The notes beneath the pieces were generated by a model. It made no database searches. It saw only the letters and a list, made by a program, of their open reading frames with translations, and was not told the origin of the DNA. Both the position numbers and the translations under genes were made by a program. From Octopus sinensis (Eukaryota): DNA of 64,000 nt. Location of the stretch: the NCBI RefSeq assembly GCF_006345805.1, contig NC_043004.1, forward strand, positions 88,226,001 through 88,290,000, written 5' to 3'. This document shows positions 11,634 to 24,363 of this stretch, piece by piece. How positions within the stretch are numbered: the first letter of the stretch is position 1; each line of letters begins with the position of its first letter.

Positions 11634-12458
11634 CGAGGTGCGTTCAAAAAGTATCCGATTTTATTTTCCCAGGGAAAACTAATGCTGTGTGTCCGAAATC
11701 CCTTTTGTGGGAGGTGAAACCGCGCTTCCTGCGCACATATAAAAATTTTCGTGCCGTTAGGCTGTGTCAGCTGCTAGTTGTTGCGGATAGAATACAGACG
11801 TGTAGTGCACGCTCGTCTGGTTTTCGTTTTTACACATGATGACCCAACGAATCGAGCAGAGGCCATAAATTCATGAAATCTAGGTCATGGTTTGCACAGT
11901 CCAGCATGTCCTGAGCGATTTCCATGCAGAGTTGCTTCTGTTGATCCGCCTGCATCTTGGAGCGAATTTTGCTGACACTCTCCACATGCTCAAATAAATT
12001 GTTGAAATGAAATGAACGGATTCTGCACTTATTCAAACTGTGAACAATTTTCTGAATTGTTATATGACGGTCTTCCATAACTTTTCGCTGAACCTTCTCG
12101 ACTGGCTCCTTGTTTTGGCTTGTGGATGGCCTACCTGAGTGTGCCTCCCTCTCCACTGAACTGCGTCCATTGTTGAAGATGTTGTACCACTCATTGATCT
12201 GAATTTTGACCATGGCATCTTCCTTAAAGGCTTACTGAATCTTCTCTGCCCGATGCGTTCGGTGTAAACGAAAATCCGACGACTGCGCACTACTCGTCTG
12301 TACTCTAGGCGCCAGTCAGGAACTGACGCAGCCTACCATCGCAAAAAGTATTGCATGTGCAGGGGGTGGAGGTCGGGTGGCGGTGTCGTCACCTCCCACG
12401 TAAATGATTTTGTCCAACTGGCAAAAAATAAATTTGAATACTTTTTGAACGCGCTTCT
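11634..12458. mobile_element. Mariner-derived element built from two inverted 5' ends
   Basis: TIR-like ends cgaggtgcgttcaaaaagtat (11634) and atactttttgaacgcgcttct followed by ta (to 12460); a transposase N-terminus is encoded from both sides. Confidence 0.85.
11864..12266 (-). pseudogene. Mariner transposase N-terminal fragment (HTH region up to just before the first catalytic D), frameshifted
   Basis: EWYNIFNNGRSSVEREAHSGRPSTS..VEKVQRKVMEDRHITI and QKQLCMEIAQDMLDCANHDLDFMN are mariner-type motifs. Confidence 0.85.
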
Positions 12459-12464
12459 TATGAT

Positions 12465-12774
12465 GTTTGTTTGTCTGCTCCTTCTCGACCCATGCCTGGC
12501 TCATAAGAGCCGGGTTCCCGATTTCCTTGGTGTATAGGTTCCCCACCTGGACGGGACGCAGGTCCGTCGTAGGTGAGCTGCAAGATGCAGGAGGAAAGAG
12601 TGAGAGAAATTTGTGGCGAAAGAGTCAGCAGAAGTTCACGATTACCTTCTGCCGGAGCCGCGTGTAGCTTAGGTGTTTCGCTCATAAACACACACATCGC
12701 CCGGTCTGAGATTCGAACCCACGATCCCTCGACCGCGAGTCTGCTGCTCTAACCACTAGGCCATATGCCTCCAC
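12465..12774 (-). mobile_element. SINE family F (tRNA head gtggaggcatatggcctagtggttagagc...ggttcgaatc)
   Basis: A-box and B-box-like motifs; matches 37205, 43722 and 53600. Confidence 0.9.
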
Positions 12775-13129
12775 GCTTCATAAGATACAATTTTTTTCAA
12801 ACTTTAAAGGGACATAAGAAAGGAGAGCTTTATATTACTCAGGACATACAAAACAAGAATATATTATTAAGTCCCTAAACAAGCACGGACGTTTAGGATA
12901 AATATATAAAAATCCTTTGGACAGGCGAAGGATTAACACTTTTCATTTGGAGACAAACACCCTCGGTAAACGAGGATGATGATTTAATCAGATCTATCCA
13001 CTCCTGGAATGTCTTGCATCGTGTCATTGCTGGAAATCAATATCCCTTTGTCTTTCCCTATGGTCTACGCTGTAACTCTCTTGGAATTAAGAATGAAATT
13101 CATATATCCGGGGAGTCTATAAAACTGGA

Positions 13130-13434
13130 ACTCTGTCGGTTACGTCGACGAGAGTTCCAGTTGATCCGATCAACGGAACAGCCTGCTCGTGAAATTAACG
13201 TGTAAGTGGCTGAGCATTCCACAGACACGTGTACCCTTAACGTAGTTCTCGGAGAGATTCAGCGTGAGACATAAAATGACAAGTCATTGAAATACAGGTA
13301 GAATTCATTTTTGGCAGTTGAGTGCACTTGAGCAGCATGAAATAAAGTGTGTTGTTCAAGGACACAATACGTAGGCAAAACTCGAACTCACGACCTTACG
13401 ATCGTGAGCCGAATACACTAACCGCTAAGCCACA
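13130..13434 (-). mobile_element. SINE family C
   Basis: Matches 6432-7045 (gttccagttgatccgatcaacggaacagcc). Confidence 0.8.
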
Positions 13435-13607
13435 GATCTTGCAATTACAGCAAGAACAACGACTCCTCTTCTCTCTATGAGCCTCCTGAAGTAAACGTCG
13501 TTAGGTGGCGAAGGAATGTTTTTGGCAGAATAGTCCATATGAAAGAAATTCATAGTGAGGGTTTTATTCTCTTCTACTGTGGAATTTCTGTGGAGGGGGC
13601 TAGTCTA

Positions 13608-14030
13608 TTAGATTGACTCCAGTACGCAACTGGTACTTAATTTATCGACACCGAAAGGATGAAAGGCAAAATCGACCTCGAAAGGATGAAAGGCAAAATC
13701 GACCTCGAAAGGATGAAAGGCAAAATCGACCTCGAAAGGTTGAAAGGCAAAATCGACCTCGAAAGGATGAAAGGCAAAATCGACCTCGAAAGGATGAAAG
13801 GCAAAATCGACCTCGAAAGGATGAAAGGCAAAATCGACCTCGAAAGGATGAAAGGCAAAATCGACCTCGAAAGGATGAAAGGCAAAATCGACCTCGAAAG
13901 GATGAAAGGCAAAATCGACCTCGAAAGGATGAAAGGCAAAATCGACCTCGAAAGGATGAAAGGCAAAATCGACCTCGAAAGGATGAAAGACAAAGTCGAC
14001 CTCGGCGGAATTTGGATTGAAAACGTAAAG
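13608..14030 (-). mobile_element. SINE family A fragment containing an internal tandem amplification
   Basis: SINE A sequence flanks the array on both sides in register. Confidence 0.9.
13652..14002. repeat. 13 x 27-bp tandem array cgaaaggatgaaaggcaaaatcgacct
   Basis: Units start every 27 bp from 13652 to 13976; one variant base in unit 4 and a divergent last unit. Confidence 0.97.
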
Positions 14031-14395
14031 ACAGTTGAATAGTGGGGGGTTTTATTAAGATTATCTTTACTCTCTCAGCTGACCGAATGCTTTCTACTTG
14101 TCGAAGCATTACCACATGATATATTGCTACCGTTTCTGGTGTAACATCGCAGATTCGTCTTAAGATAAGCGACGATTAGCTAGTGCAGTCAAGCGCTCTA
14201 CGATGCAAGTATATTGCTCTACTATAAATCTCCATATGAAATACTCAGCAAAAAAGAAAAAGAAAAAGGGAATAAAAACCAAAAACATTCTTATATAACA
14301 TAACGACGTTTACTTGACGATACTCTTAGAGAAAACAGAACTTTGTTCTTGCTCTAATTGCAAGATATGTGGTTCTTTTTATGTTACATAGATAC

Positions 14396-14471
<76 letters not shown>

Positions 14472-15114
14472 TTAAAATAATAGGGGTGAAAAATTGAATA
14501 TTAATTTGATTAACATCAATTTAAAACCCAGTGATTTAGCATATAGAAAAATCTGAAGATTCAGAAACATGATATTACATACGTATAAGAGGGATGACCA
14601 CTAAGTGGACATCCATATGCTAGAGGTCGACCCCCTATGGTCTTACCACTATGAAAGGAATGTTCTCAAGAAAATTTAGCAAACGCTAGAACGTAAGCGT
14701 GCAAGACAAATGAAAAGATACAATATATATATAGATTAATCAGAAACCCGATTTCGTTGTTACCACTTACGTAATTACTTATGTACATGTCCGCAACTCG
14801 TCAGCGTGATCGTCATAGAAAAATATAATTTGCAGAGACGTCCGCATGAGATTGAACATGTATATAGTTCTACCAATTACATTTGGGGTTATATTTCAAA
14901 AGTTTTCGTTTTGGCGCCCCAAAATAGCGGAAATAATTCTGCAGAAAATAATTCTCTGCAGTGAATTTTGCCGGTTCGAAAACATAGTTATTTAAATTTA
15001 AATTTAAAATTATATATACGGTGAAAATATTCACCTTAAAAGGTATTTTCCATATGCTGGCCACTGAGAAAATCTTTTAAGAAAATTTTATCCTTATATA
15101 TGAAATATATATAT

Positions 15115-15157
<43 letters not shown>

Positions 15158-15223
15158 GTGTGTGTGGTGTGTGGTGTGTGCGTGTGTGTGTGTGTGTAAA
15201 TTAAAGGACTTTCTGGACTCCAA

Positions 15224-15251
15224 CTGATGAGCTAGTTGGCTACGAAATATC
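15224..15251 (+). ncRNA. Hammerhead-core-like motif at the start of a pyrimidine-rich repeat ending in (TA)n
   Basis: ctgatga-gctagttggctac-gaaa-tatc; both conserved boxes intact, stem II bulged, stem I not obvious. Confidence 0.3.
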
Positions 15252-15463
15252 CAGGTATCTTGTTTCTCTCTTGTTTGCTGTTTGTCGTGCTATCGTCTAT
15301 TTTCCGGCATCTTGTGTTTAGTTGGTTTCCGTTTGTTGTGTTCTTTCTGTTCTACCTTTCATTTATCCATGCGGAGCACCGTACAACGTGTTGTTTACTT
15401 TATATATATATAGATATAGATACGTATATACACACACATAGACAAATAGAGAAAGAGAAAGGA

Positions 15464-15502
<39 letters not shown>

Positions 15503-15537
15503 TGCAGAGAAATAGTGATGTTAATGTAAGAGAAAGG

Positions 15538-15585
<48 letters not shown>

Positions 15586-15683
15586 CAATATCCCTACATA
15601 TCTCACAGCTATTGTCTTTCCTCCACCTCACTCTATTTTGTATCTTATCTAAATTAACTGTTACTTAACCATCCTCTCACACC

Positions 15684-15731
15684 ATCTCCGACGAAGGGAT
15701 ATAATAAATATCCTGGAAACAGTTGTAAGAT
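15684..15731 (+). ncRNA. Minimal type-I hammerhead-ribozyme-like motif (U4C)
   Basis: atct-ccgacga-[agggatat aataa atatcctg]-gaaa-cagttg-ta-agat; stem I atct/agat; GUA triplet at 15725-15727. Confidence 0.55.
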
Positions 15732-15976
15732 CTATCTATAAATGTTCTAAAATGTACACAACCTTGATTTACGAAAAAAGTTTTTATATACACACACTGA
15801 CATATGACCAACGTTGAACCCCTTATTCGTATAATCACCCAACCTGGAACTTAACTATGGTCTATCTATGGCATTTTTTCAGTATTACCTGATATCTTTG
15901 GGTCCCATGACACAATTAACTCTCATAACCTATATATATATATATATATTATATTATATATATATATATATATATA

Positions 15977-16492
15977 TACTAGCAGTATCGCCCGGCGTTG
16001 CTCGGGTTTGTAAGGGAAATAACTATATAAGCATTTTTAGAGAGTTACTTCCTTTATAGATGCCAATTCGGGCTTTCTTAGCCATTTCTGTTTTGGTGTC
16101 TTCAAGCCATCAAGTCGTTGTTCTAAAAGAACGCCGGTCTCCTTGACAACGCATTACGACGTTGATTTCCTTAAACTCCCTTCCCCACAGCTTCACGAGG
16201 GAGAGAAGAAGGGGGAGAAGCAAACACAGGTGCAGGTGTTTGAGCGAGGACGCCAACTCCGCCGCCATCGACACACAATTATGCATTAAAATGGAATAAA
16301 AAATGATGTTAAATTATTTTAAAAATCGTAGACTCATCGTAGATGCGCGCTAATAGCCAGACGGGCTTGATATTAATCACAACTATAAGATACCCGAATT
16401 TGGTTAAACTGCACCGCAAAATGTGGGAGGAGTTAGGAATCTAAATCGTAGGAGACAGACACTCACACAACTACAGTTTTATATATATAGAT
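15977..16492 (+). mobile_element. Non-autonomous Helitron-like element (Lep1/HINE-type termini)
   Basis: Starts tactagcagtatcgcccggcgttgctcggg (short hairpin), ends gacagacac...ttttatatatatagat; sits inside a (TA)n run. Confidence 0.6.
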
Positions 16493-16549
16493 ATATTATA
16501 TATATATATAATATATAATATATACGTATACACACATACATATATGTAC

Positions 16550-16613
<64 letters not shown>

Positions 16614-17096
16614 AAAGAAACAAGCTTGTGTATATGACGTCGTTATTTTAAAAGAGAAAATTATTATGATAAACTATTGTCTTATCCGTTGTGTGTGATG
16701 TGGGATGTTTGAACGCAATCCGTGTTCCTGCAGACAAAACTGGAAATATATATACAAGTAACACGTATGAGAAAAAAACTAAGAGAAGCACTGTGGTGCA
16801 TAAATGGATGAGTAAATAGCGAAGGAGTTTGATTTTGATGAGTAAACTGTTGATTAAATTAGCCTTTAAATGTATTTTTGATGTTATTTCACGATGAATA
16901 TTTCATTGCATGTTGTAAATCTCTGAAGACGTTAAGTGAATGAAGGAGCACGTATATATCTGTATGTATGCTTCTGTAAGGGTGTTTGTATACATATGTG
17001 TTTATGTGTATTTGTGTGTGTGTATGTGTATACACACATCTATATGTATCTATATATATATATATGTGTGTGTGTGTATTTGAGTATTTGTGTATA

Positions 17097-17144
<48 letters not shown>

Positions 17145-18409
17145 TATACATGCATATATATATTATATATGTACGTATATATTTATATGCACGTGTGTGT
17201 ATATGCTCCTATGTGTATATGGGTATTTGTGTGAGTATGTGTGTATGAATGTAGATATATGTATATACATCTGAGTTCGCATGTTTCTGGGAATGTTTCA
17301 ATGTGTGCGTGTGTGCGTATGCATGCATATGTATGTGTGTGCGTGTGCATGCATGTGTAATATGTGTGCGTGTGCACGTGTGGCCACTAATGGAAATTAA
17401 AAGAAAAAAAAATTATAATAGAGAAATGAAATTCCTTTTAAATGCGATGTGGTATGGAAGCCTCTTAGCAAGGATTAATGAAGTGTTGGGCGTGTATGGA
17501 ACGGAATGCTGTCTACTGAATTAATATACGGATATGGTAAAAGAAGCAGGAGAGAGAGAGAGAATGAAAGAAAAGGGAAAGAGAAAGGCTGAGAAAGATA
17601 GATAGATACAGAGAGTGATAGAGAAAGGAAGAGAGTTAGAGAAAGGAAGAGAGATAGAGATAAAGAGATGGACATATAAGAGAAAGAGTAAGAGATAAAT
17701 AAGAGAGAAGAGAGAAGAGATATAAGCAATGAAACGAATAAAGAGAGAAAGAAAGAGAGAGAGAGAGGGAGTGATAAAGAGAAAGGAGGAGAGAGAGAGT
17801 GGGAGAAAGAGAGACAAAGGAGGAGTGACAGAAAGAGTAAAGGAGATATAGAAGGGCGTGGCTTACGCAATCTTTGGCAATTTTCGACCCCTAAGATAAC
17901 TACTTTAGAAAGACAGGCGCCTTCAAGTTATCAATGTATGAATATCACATATTCTCATTCCCCGCCCCCAATAAATCTTAAGTATTTGCGCCTAATTCGT
18001 TCTTTAGTACGAAGGATGTATGGTATCGTTAAAAGTTGAATAAAGACTCTGGATTAGCAAATTCCACGATTTACGTTCGATTCCCGATTAAGTTGATCCG
18101 TTTCTATATTTTTGTTCAACTCCAAGTTTGTTTAGATAATGCGACCTATATGACAAAGACGTTCCAGCCGCAGCCTCTCTGCCGTTTGTTTACAAACATT
18201 AGTGTATTTTTGTCTGCACTTGTTTCAGTCATTGGACTACGACCTTTCTGGGGCACGGCATCGATGGGATTTTAGTCGAACAAATTGACACCAGAACTCA
18301 TTTTAAAGTCTTGTGTTACTTATTCTATCAATTTGTTTTTTGGCAAACTTCGTAGTAAAAAAAAATATATATATATACATATGAGGGGATAATCTCTTTG
18401 TTCTTTTAC

Positions 18410-18812
18410 TCTTTTACTTGTTTCAGTCATTTGACTGTGGCCATGCTGGAGCACTGCCTTTAATCGAGCAAATCGACCCCAGGACTTATTCTTTGTAAGC
18501 CTAGTACTTATTCTATCGGTCTCTTTTGCCGAACCGCTAAGTTACGGGGACAAACACAGACACACAAATACACACACACATATGTATACACACACACACA
18601 CGCACACACACACACACGCACACACACACACAAACATATATATATATATACATATATACGACGGACTTCTTTTAGTTTCCGTCTACGAAATCCACTCACA
18701 AGGCTTTGGTCGGCCCGCGGCTATAGTAGAAGACACTTGTCCAAGTTGCCACGCAGTGGGACTGAACCTGGAACCATGTGGTTGGTAAGCAAGCTACTTA
18801 CCACACAGTCAC
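18410..18812 (-). mobile_element. SINE family B, full length
   Basis: Collinear with other B copies; internal (CA)n(TA)n. Confidence 0.9.
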
Positions 18813-18869
18813 AAAAAAAAAAATCGGAATTTTGCAGCATTGTTTTATCCACTTAGTTTTACTTGTTTA

Positions 18870-19394
18870 TACTTTTATCGCCTTTAAAATATTCTCCATT
18901 TGAAACTATGCATCGGTCCAGGTACGTTTTTCACTATCCGAAGCAGTGCTGGGAGTCTTGCGAAGTGATGTCTTTTAACGCCTCCGTCGTTTTTTTCTTC
19001 ATCTCTTCCACATCTGCAAATTCTGTAGCATCAGCTTTCATCACCAGCGATGACCTTTATAAAAAGGTCCGAATCAAAATTCGTTAGCAGCAGCTCCATG
19101 ACACACCAGTAATGTCAGCAATTCGTCAATTGTTCGGTGACGATCCTCCAAAGATCAGTTAATTAATTTTTGTGCTGTTTTCATTTGTTCGGGAGGTCGA
19201 CGACCGTTCTGAACGAAGCTGGTCCTCAAGCGACAAGTGAACATTCCTAAAGCGAGGAAACTACTCGTAAACTTGTGTTTTGCTTATGGCAGCATCCTTG
19301 AAAGCTGTTTGAAGCATGACAACTGTTTCAGCCGCCATTTTCCCCAGCAGAAAACAGACTTTCACGGAGCACGCTGTTCCTTCAGTTCAGCCAT
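18870..19394 (-). pseudogene. Internally deleted mariner transposase
   Basis: Minus strand gives MAELKEQR..VKVCFLLGKMAAETVVMLQTAFKDAAISKTQVYE from ATG 19394 and the C-terminal FADVEEMKKKTTEALKDIT...LDRCIVSNGEYFKGDK; the catalytic core is missing. Confidence 0.9.
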
Positions 19395-19683
19395 CGCAAA
19401 AATCGAGAAACAGGAGAGAAGCACTGCAAAACAAAGACGCACCACGTGACAGTACGACACCAGGGGAGGACGCCGGTCGGCAGAGTGACGTCTGAGGGTC
19501 GCATCAAATGGCTTCTAGCGGCAGAAACCTGAACTAGAAGGGGTTTGTATCACAGAGAACGTTGCTGGTGCACCGTCCCGAAAGGTTTTTAGACGAACAA
19601 ATAGACATTGTATTGATTTTAAAGTCTGGTAGTACTTCTGTTATTAATCACCGTTTGATGACCCGCTTAGTTAAAGGATACAT

Positions 19684-19732
<49 letters not shown>

Positions 19733-20137
19733 TATCTTTTACTTGTTTTAGCTATTAGACTACGACCATGCTGGGGCACCACCTCGAAGAGATTTTAGAC
19801 GAACGAGTCGACGCCAGTATTTATTTTCAAGTCCGGTATTATTTATTCTATCAGTCATTTTTGTCGAACGTCTAAGTTAAAAGATATACCGTTATTTTGT
19901 TTCTTGTGTCAGTCATTAGACTGCGGCCAAGCTGGGGCACCACCTTGAAGCGTGTTTAGTAGAACTCACTGACACCAGGACTTAATTTTAATCCTGGTAC
20001 TATCGGTCTGTTTTGCCGAATAGCCAACTGAAGGGGAGGTAAACAAACCAACGCCAGTTGTGAAGCAGTGTGGGAGACGGGGCAATCACAAATACGAAGA
20101 TATGCACACGGTAAGTAATGCTAGAATTGGTGTGATG

Positions 20138-20186
<49 letters not shown>

Positions 20187-22230
20187 GGAATCATAAACGA
20201 GACAGAGAAATCGCGAAATATAGGCGAATAGTGGATGGAGTGGCTGGCTTTTCTTGGACAACGAAAACTTTTTCCTGCTGCTTCATCTAAATGAAATGGC
20301 GACGTTTATATATTCTCCCCTTGTTTCAATCTTTGGACTGCAACCATGCTGAGGCACGCCTTGAAGGGTGTAGGCGAACAAATCTTCCTCAGTACTTATT
20401 TTAAATTCTTGTAATAATTATATCTCTTCCCATTTGCCAAACCCCTAGGTCACGGAAACGTAATCGAAACAGCATGAGTGATGGTGGGACAAGCACAAAC
20501 ACGAAAGCATGCATGTATACATATATACACAAGCACATATATACATATACATACATGCATGCACACACACATTTTTTAATTGTTTCAGTCTCATTAGACT
20601 TGAAGGGTTTTGTAAAACACATCGACACCATCACTTATGTTTAAGTCTGGGACTTATTCTATCGACAACTTTTGCCGAACCTCTAGATCACAGGAACACA
20701 AATGAACCAGCACCAGTTGTCAAGCGGTTGGTGGAGGTGGTGGGGGAGCAAAGAAACATAGAGGCAAACAATGTGTCCTTGGAATTTTTCTTTTTAATGA
20801 TTTAATCTTGGGCGATTTGGCGGTTTATTGTAGCAAATGGATCGATCTTATGGACATCCTTTCTTTTTCTCTTCATTTTCACAATTGATTATCTTAACGA
20901 AAGAAAAAAGATACGCTTCGTTTTGAACCCCCCCACTCCTTACAACCCTTATACTTCGTATGTGTTTGTGAGTGTGTATGTGTGTGTGCATGTGAATGTG
21001 TATGTGTGTGTGAGTATGTATGTGCGTGTATGTGTGTGTGAGTGTGTCTATTTCTCTGTTTGTCTGTTTATCTGTCTGTGTGTTTGTCTGTACGTGTGTA
21101 TGTGTGAGTCACAAAGAAAGGGAAAATAATAAAAAATTTTAATCTAAAATAATTGTGTATTTTCTAGGAGCTACGTATGTGACATTCTTAATTAATTATC
21201 ACTAATTACATAGTCAACTAAGTAATCGTTGATAGTAAACTAAATTTCACTTTAAAAGAAAACAGAATAAAAAAGAAGAGGTGAGTCTGCAGTCTCCGAA
21301 AGTTTTGAAGGTATTTGTTTCATGCTTTGTATGTCAACGTTTGGTGCAGTTTGGCGGAATGGTTAAGAAATTTGCTTCTCAAACACGAGATTAGTGGATC
21401 GATCCCATTAGATGGCAATTAGAGCAAATGTCATTTTTTTGCAGTCTTGAGTCGACCCATACGTTGTGAGTGAAACCGAATAGAGAGAAACTATAGAAAC
21501 TCATCGGGTGGATTATATCTGTGATTCCAAAAGTAGTCATGTTACGCTGATCTGCTCAAGAATTGTGTTAGGGGTACATGTGTCTATGGAATGCTCGGTC
21601 ACACGTTAATCCAGGAGAATACCACGTTAATTCATTTGGTCTAACAACTAAATTCAGATCATCGAAGGACGGAGAACCATTCCCGCTACCGCATGTGTGG
21701 TTATATATCAGGTGCGTGGTTCAGTGGATAACGTTTTCGACTCACGATCATAAAGTCGTAAGTTCGATTCTCGATGGCGGGCTTTGTCCTTCAGCAAGAT
21801 ATTTTATTTCTTGTTGCTCCAGTCTACGCAGCTGGCAAAAACAAGTTGTGCTTGTATTTCAAAAAGGTCAGCCTCATCACACTGTGTGTCATGTCACGTT
21901 AAATTTTCCTGAGAACTACGTGAAAGGTACGCGTGTCTGTGGAGTGCTTTGTCACTTGCACGTTAATTTCGCAAATAAATTGTTCGGTTGCTCATATCAT
22001 CTGGTGAGCTCGTCGTCGTAACCGACGGAAAACCAAGCTATTTGCAGAATTTACGTATCAAATAATGTAGAGAATTATCTGTTAGACAGAGGTAAGAGTA
22101 TCGAGAGCATATTTTTTAATGTCACAATTTTGTGATTTTATCTTCTTTCGTCGAATCAATATACATTTATTAGCAATGACTTGGAAGAGTCGTTAGCATA
22201 TCGGCTGAATTGGCTTGGGGGTGATTATAG

Positions 22231-22293
22231 TCAAAATAAGCAACAAGGATATCCAAGGTACACTACCTTAGATATCCTTGTTGCTTATTTTGA
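22231..22293. repeat. Near-perfect 30-bp hairpin with a 3-nt loop
   Basis: tcaaaataagcaacaaggatatccaaggta-cac-taccttagatatccttgttgcttattttga; one mismatch. Confidence 0.97.
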
Positions 22294-22946
22294 GTGTATA
22301 TATATATATATATATATATAATTATTGAAGAGGACAACAAACGGTAAGGCAAGGCAAACATCTCAAGTAACGTTTGTTGTCCACTTTTACAATTATGTAT
22401 CCACTATATCGGAAATCTGCAATGGCTCCATAACTACCGTCTCGGATATAACATTGGAGCTCTAGTAATCCGTTACAGCACTTACCTAGAGTACCTAATC
22501 GTTTAGATAACCTGTGAACTAAAACTCCCTACTTTATACATTTATATATATAACAGTGAAATTTGGAGGGATATATTATCTGGGCGGATACCGAATTGTT
22601 TCTCAGTTGGGTTCCATTTAACGGCTAACCCCAACGATCAGTGTCCAATGTCTGCGTCTACATTTAGTTGTTAGTCACTCCGTGAAATTCTTTCGATGGG
22701 TAATTCCGTGTTCCCTTCGCTGGACAGTAAAAATGGTCTAGAGTGCATATTAATATCAATAATAAATAAAGAATATGAAGACTAGTTCATCCACAAAATT
22801 TATTTAATAGTTACATACAGCATATAATATGTTGTATGTAACTATGTACAAGTCTCCATACTCTAGATTATAATTAATTTTAAATAGAAGCAATATTAAA
22901 TTAAAATAGCCAAAACATCCCGTGGATTGAATCCCCCTAGAGAGCA

Positions 22947-23460
22947 CTCACTAAACGAATTGAAGGCATGACTGATCTCTATTACTGGGATCACCTTAAA
23001 GCCTTGAATCTCTGCTCTCTCCAGCGCCGCTGCGAGCGGTACATCATTTGTACGATGTGGAAATATACCGACAGCATTGCCCAAACGACCTGAACATTAG
23101 TTTCAAGGTTCATCCAAGGCTGGGACCACGGGCTATATGTCCCCTGCCCAATTCAGGATCACAACATATAGGTACACTGCGGCATAATTTCTTTTCCTCA
23201 ACAACCCCTGCTCTGTTTAACATTGTCCCAAAACTGATTAAAGAGGAAAATATTCCATCACCTTTAAACGGAGTCTGAACTGATTTCTTCAAGGAATACC
23301 AAAAAAGCCACCCATACCTGGATACAATTTACTCAACAAGAATGGACATGAATGGACCATAAACAAAACTTGACTTTAAAAGGATTTAGATAATCCTGTC
23401 AGGTGGTGCTATTAAGTCAGACATGACCTGGGCCAGTCTTTGGTCGAAACATATCTAAGT
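22947..23460 (+). mobile_element. 5'-truncated CR1/L2-type LINE: ORF2 C-terminus plus 3' UTR
   Basis: LTKRIEGMTDLYYWDHLKALNLCSLQRRCERYIICTMWK resembles the CR1-type YWERLK.L.LYSLQRRRERY..I..WK; after a frameshift, TPALFNIVPK resembles GPRLFNSLP. Confidence 0.8.
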
Positions 23461-24363
23461 TTTTTTATGTGTATTATACTTAATGTAAAAGTTTAATATC
23501 TACACCAGAAGCAGACAAAAATCGTCCATCTGTAGCAGCAGCCGATGAAAAAAGTAGATGCGTATACCTGCTTCGTTGAGCGTGTACAGTTGAAATGTTG
23601 GGTGGAGAGCTACTGAGAGGTACAAAATTATTTATTCTAAACCGAATGTAACTCGACCTAATTTCACGCACTTTTATTTGTCTTAAAAAATACGTTGAAC
23701 ATTTTCCAGAATTTCAGTTTAACTTATTGTTACTAACTATCACTACACTTACATAAACACACACGCGTTGATATAATGTCATACAAACGCTAACGCCAAG
23801 GAAATTAAGTACATACATACACATACATTCATATAAACACTTTAATAAATTCTCACGTCAAAAATACCCACCCAATGCGCTTGGTAGTAAGTGCGCACAC
23901 ACTCTGAAATATAAATCCACACACAAGCTCATCGCTCGTCTTATATATCTATATATATATATATATAAGAAAAAGTTTGGTATCATAATACATTTTATCA
24001 TAGTAACTTTACGTTTGCTTTTTCTCTCGCCTGGTGTTTCGCTTTTATTTCCTTTATTCTCTGAGAAAGTATCAATACTCGAAACGTCAAACAGTTCATT
24101 CCGATTTCACTCGTTAAATACCGTAACATTGAAATTTGTTCTTCTTTCATGTTTCTCCTATGTTGTTTATAACTGTTCCAGAATCTACATAATACACTCT
24201 GTTACACACACAAACACACCACACACACACACACGCACGCACACACATACGATTCTCTGTTTTAGCCCACTTTTCTTTTTTTCGAATTTCTATAACTTTA
24301 TCTTGTCCTCTCTTTCTCTTTCTCTCCCATTCCCCTTTACGTATAAGTATAAGTATATATAAT

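Noticed and set aside
12700-12774. tRNA-like sequences here and at 6845, 29197, 37504, 43722 and 59840
   Set aside because: A and B boxes are present but there is no complete acceptor stem, and each continues into a SINE body; these are SINE heads, not tRNA genes
13652-14002. CRISPR-like appearance of the regular 27-bp repeats (also 47365-47555)
   Set aside because: Units are contiguous with no unique spacers, derive from host transposons and have no cas genes nearby
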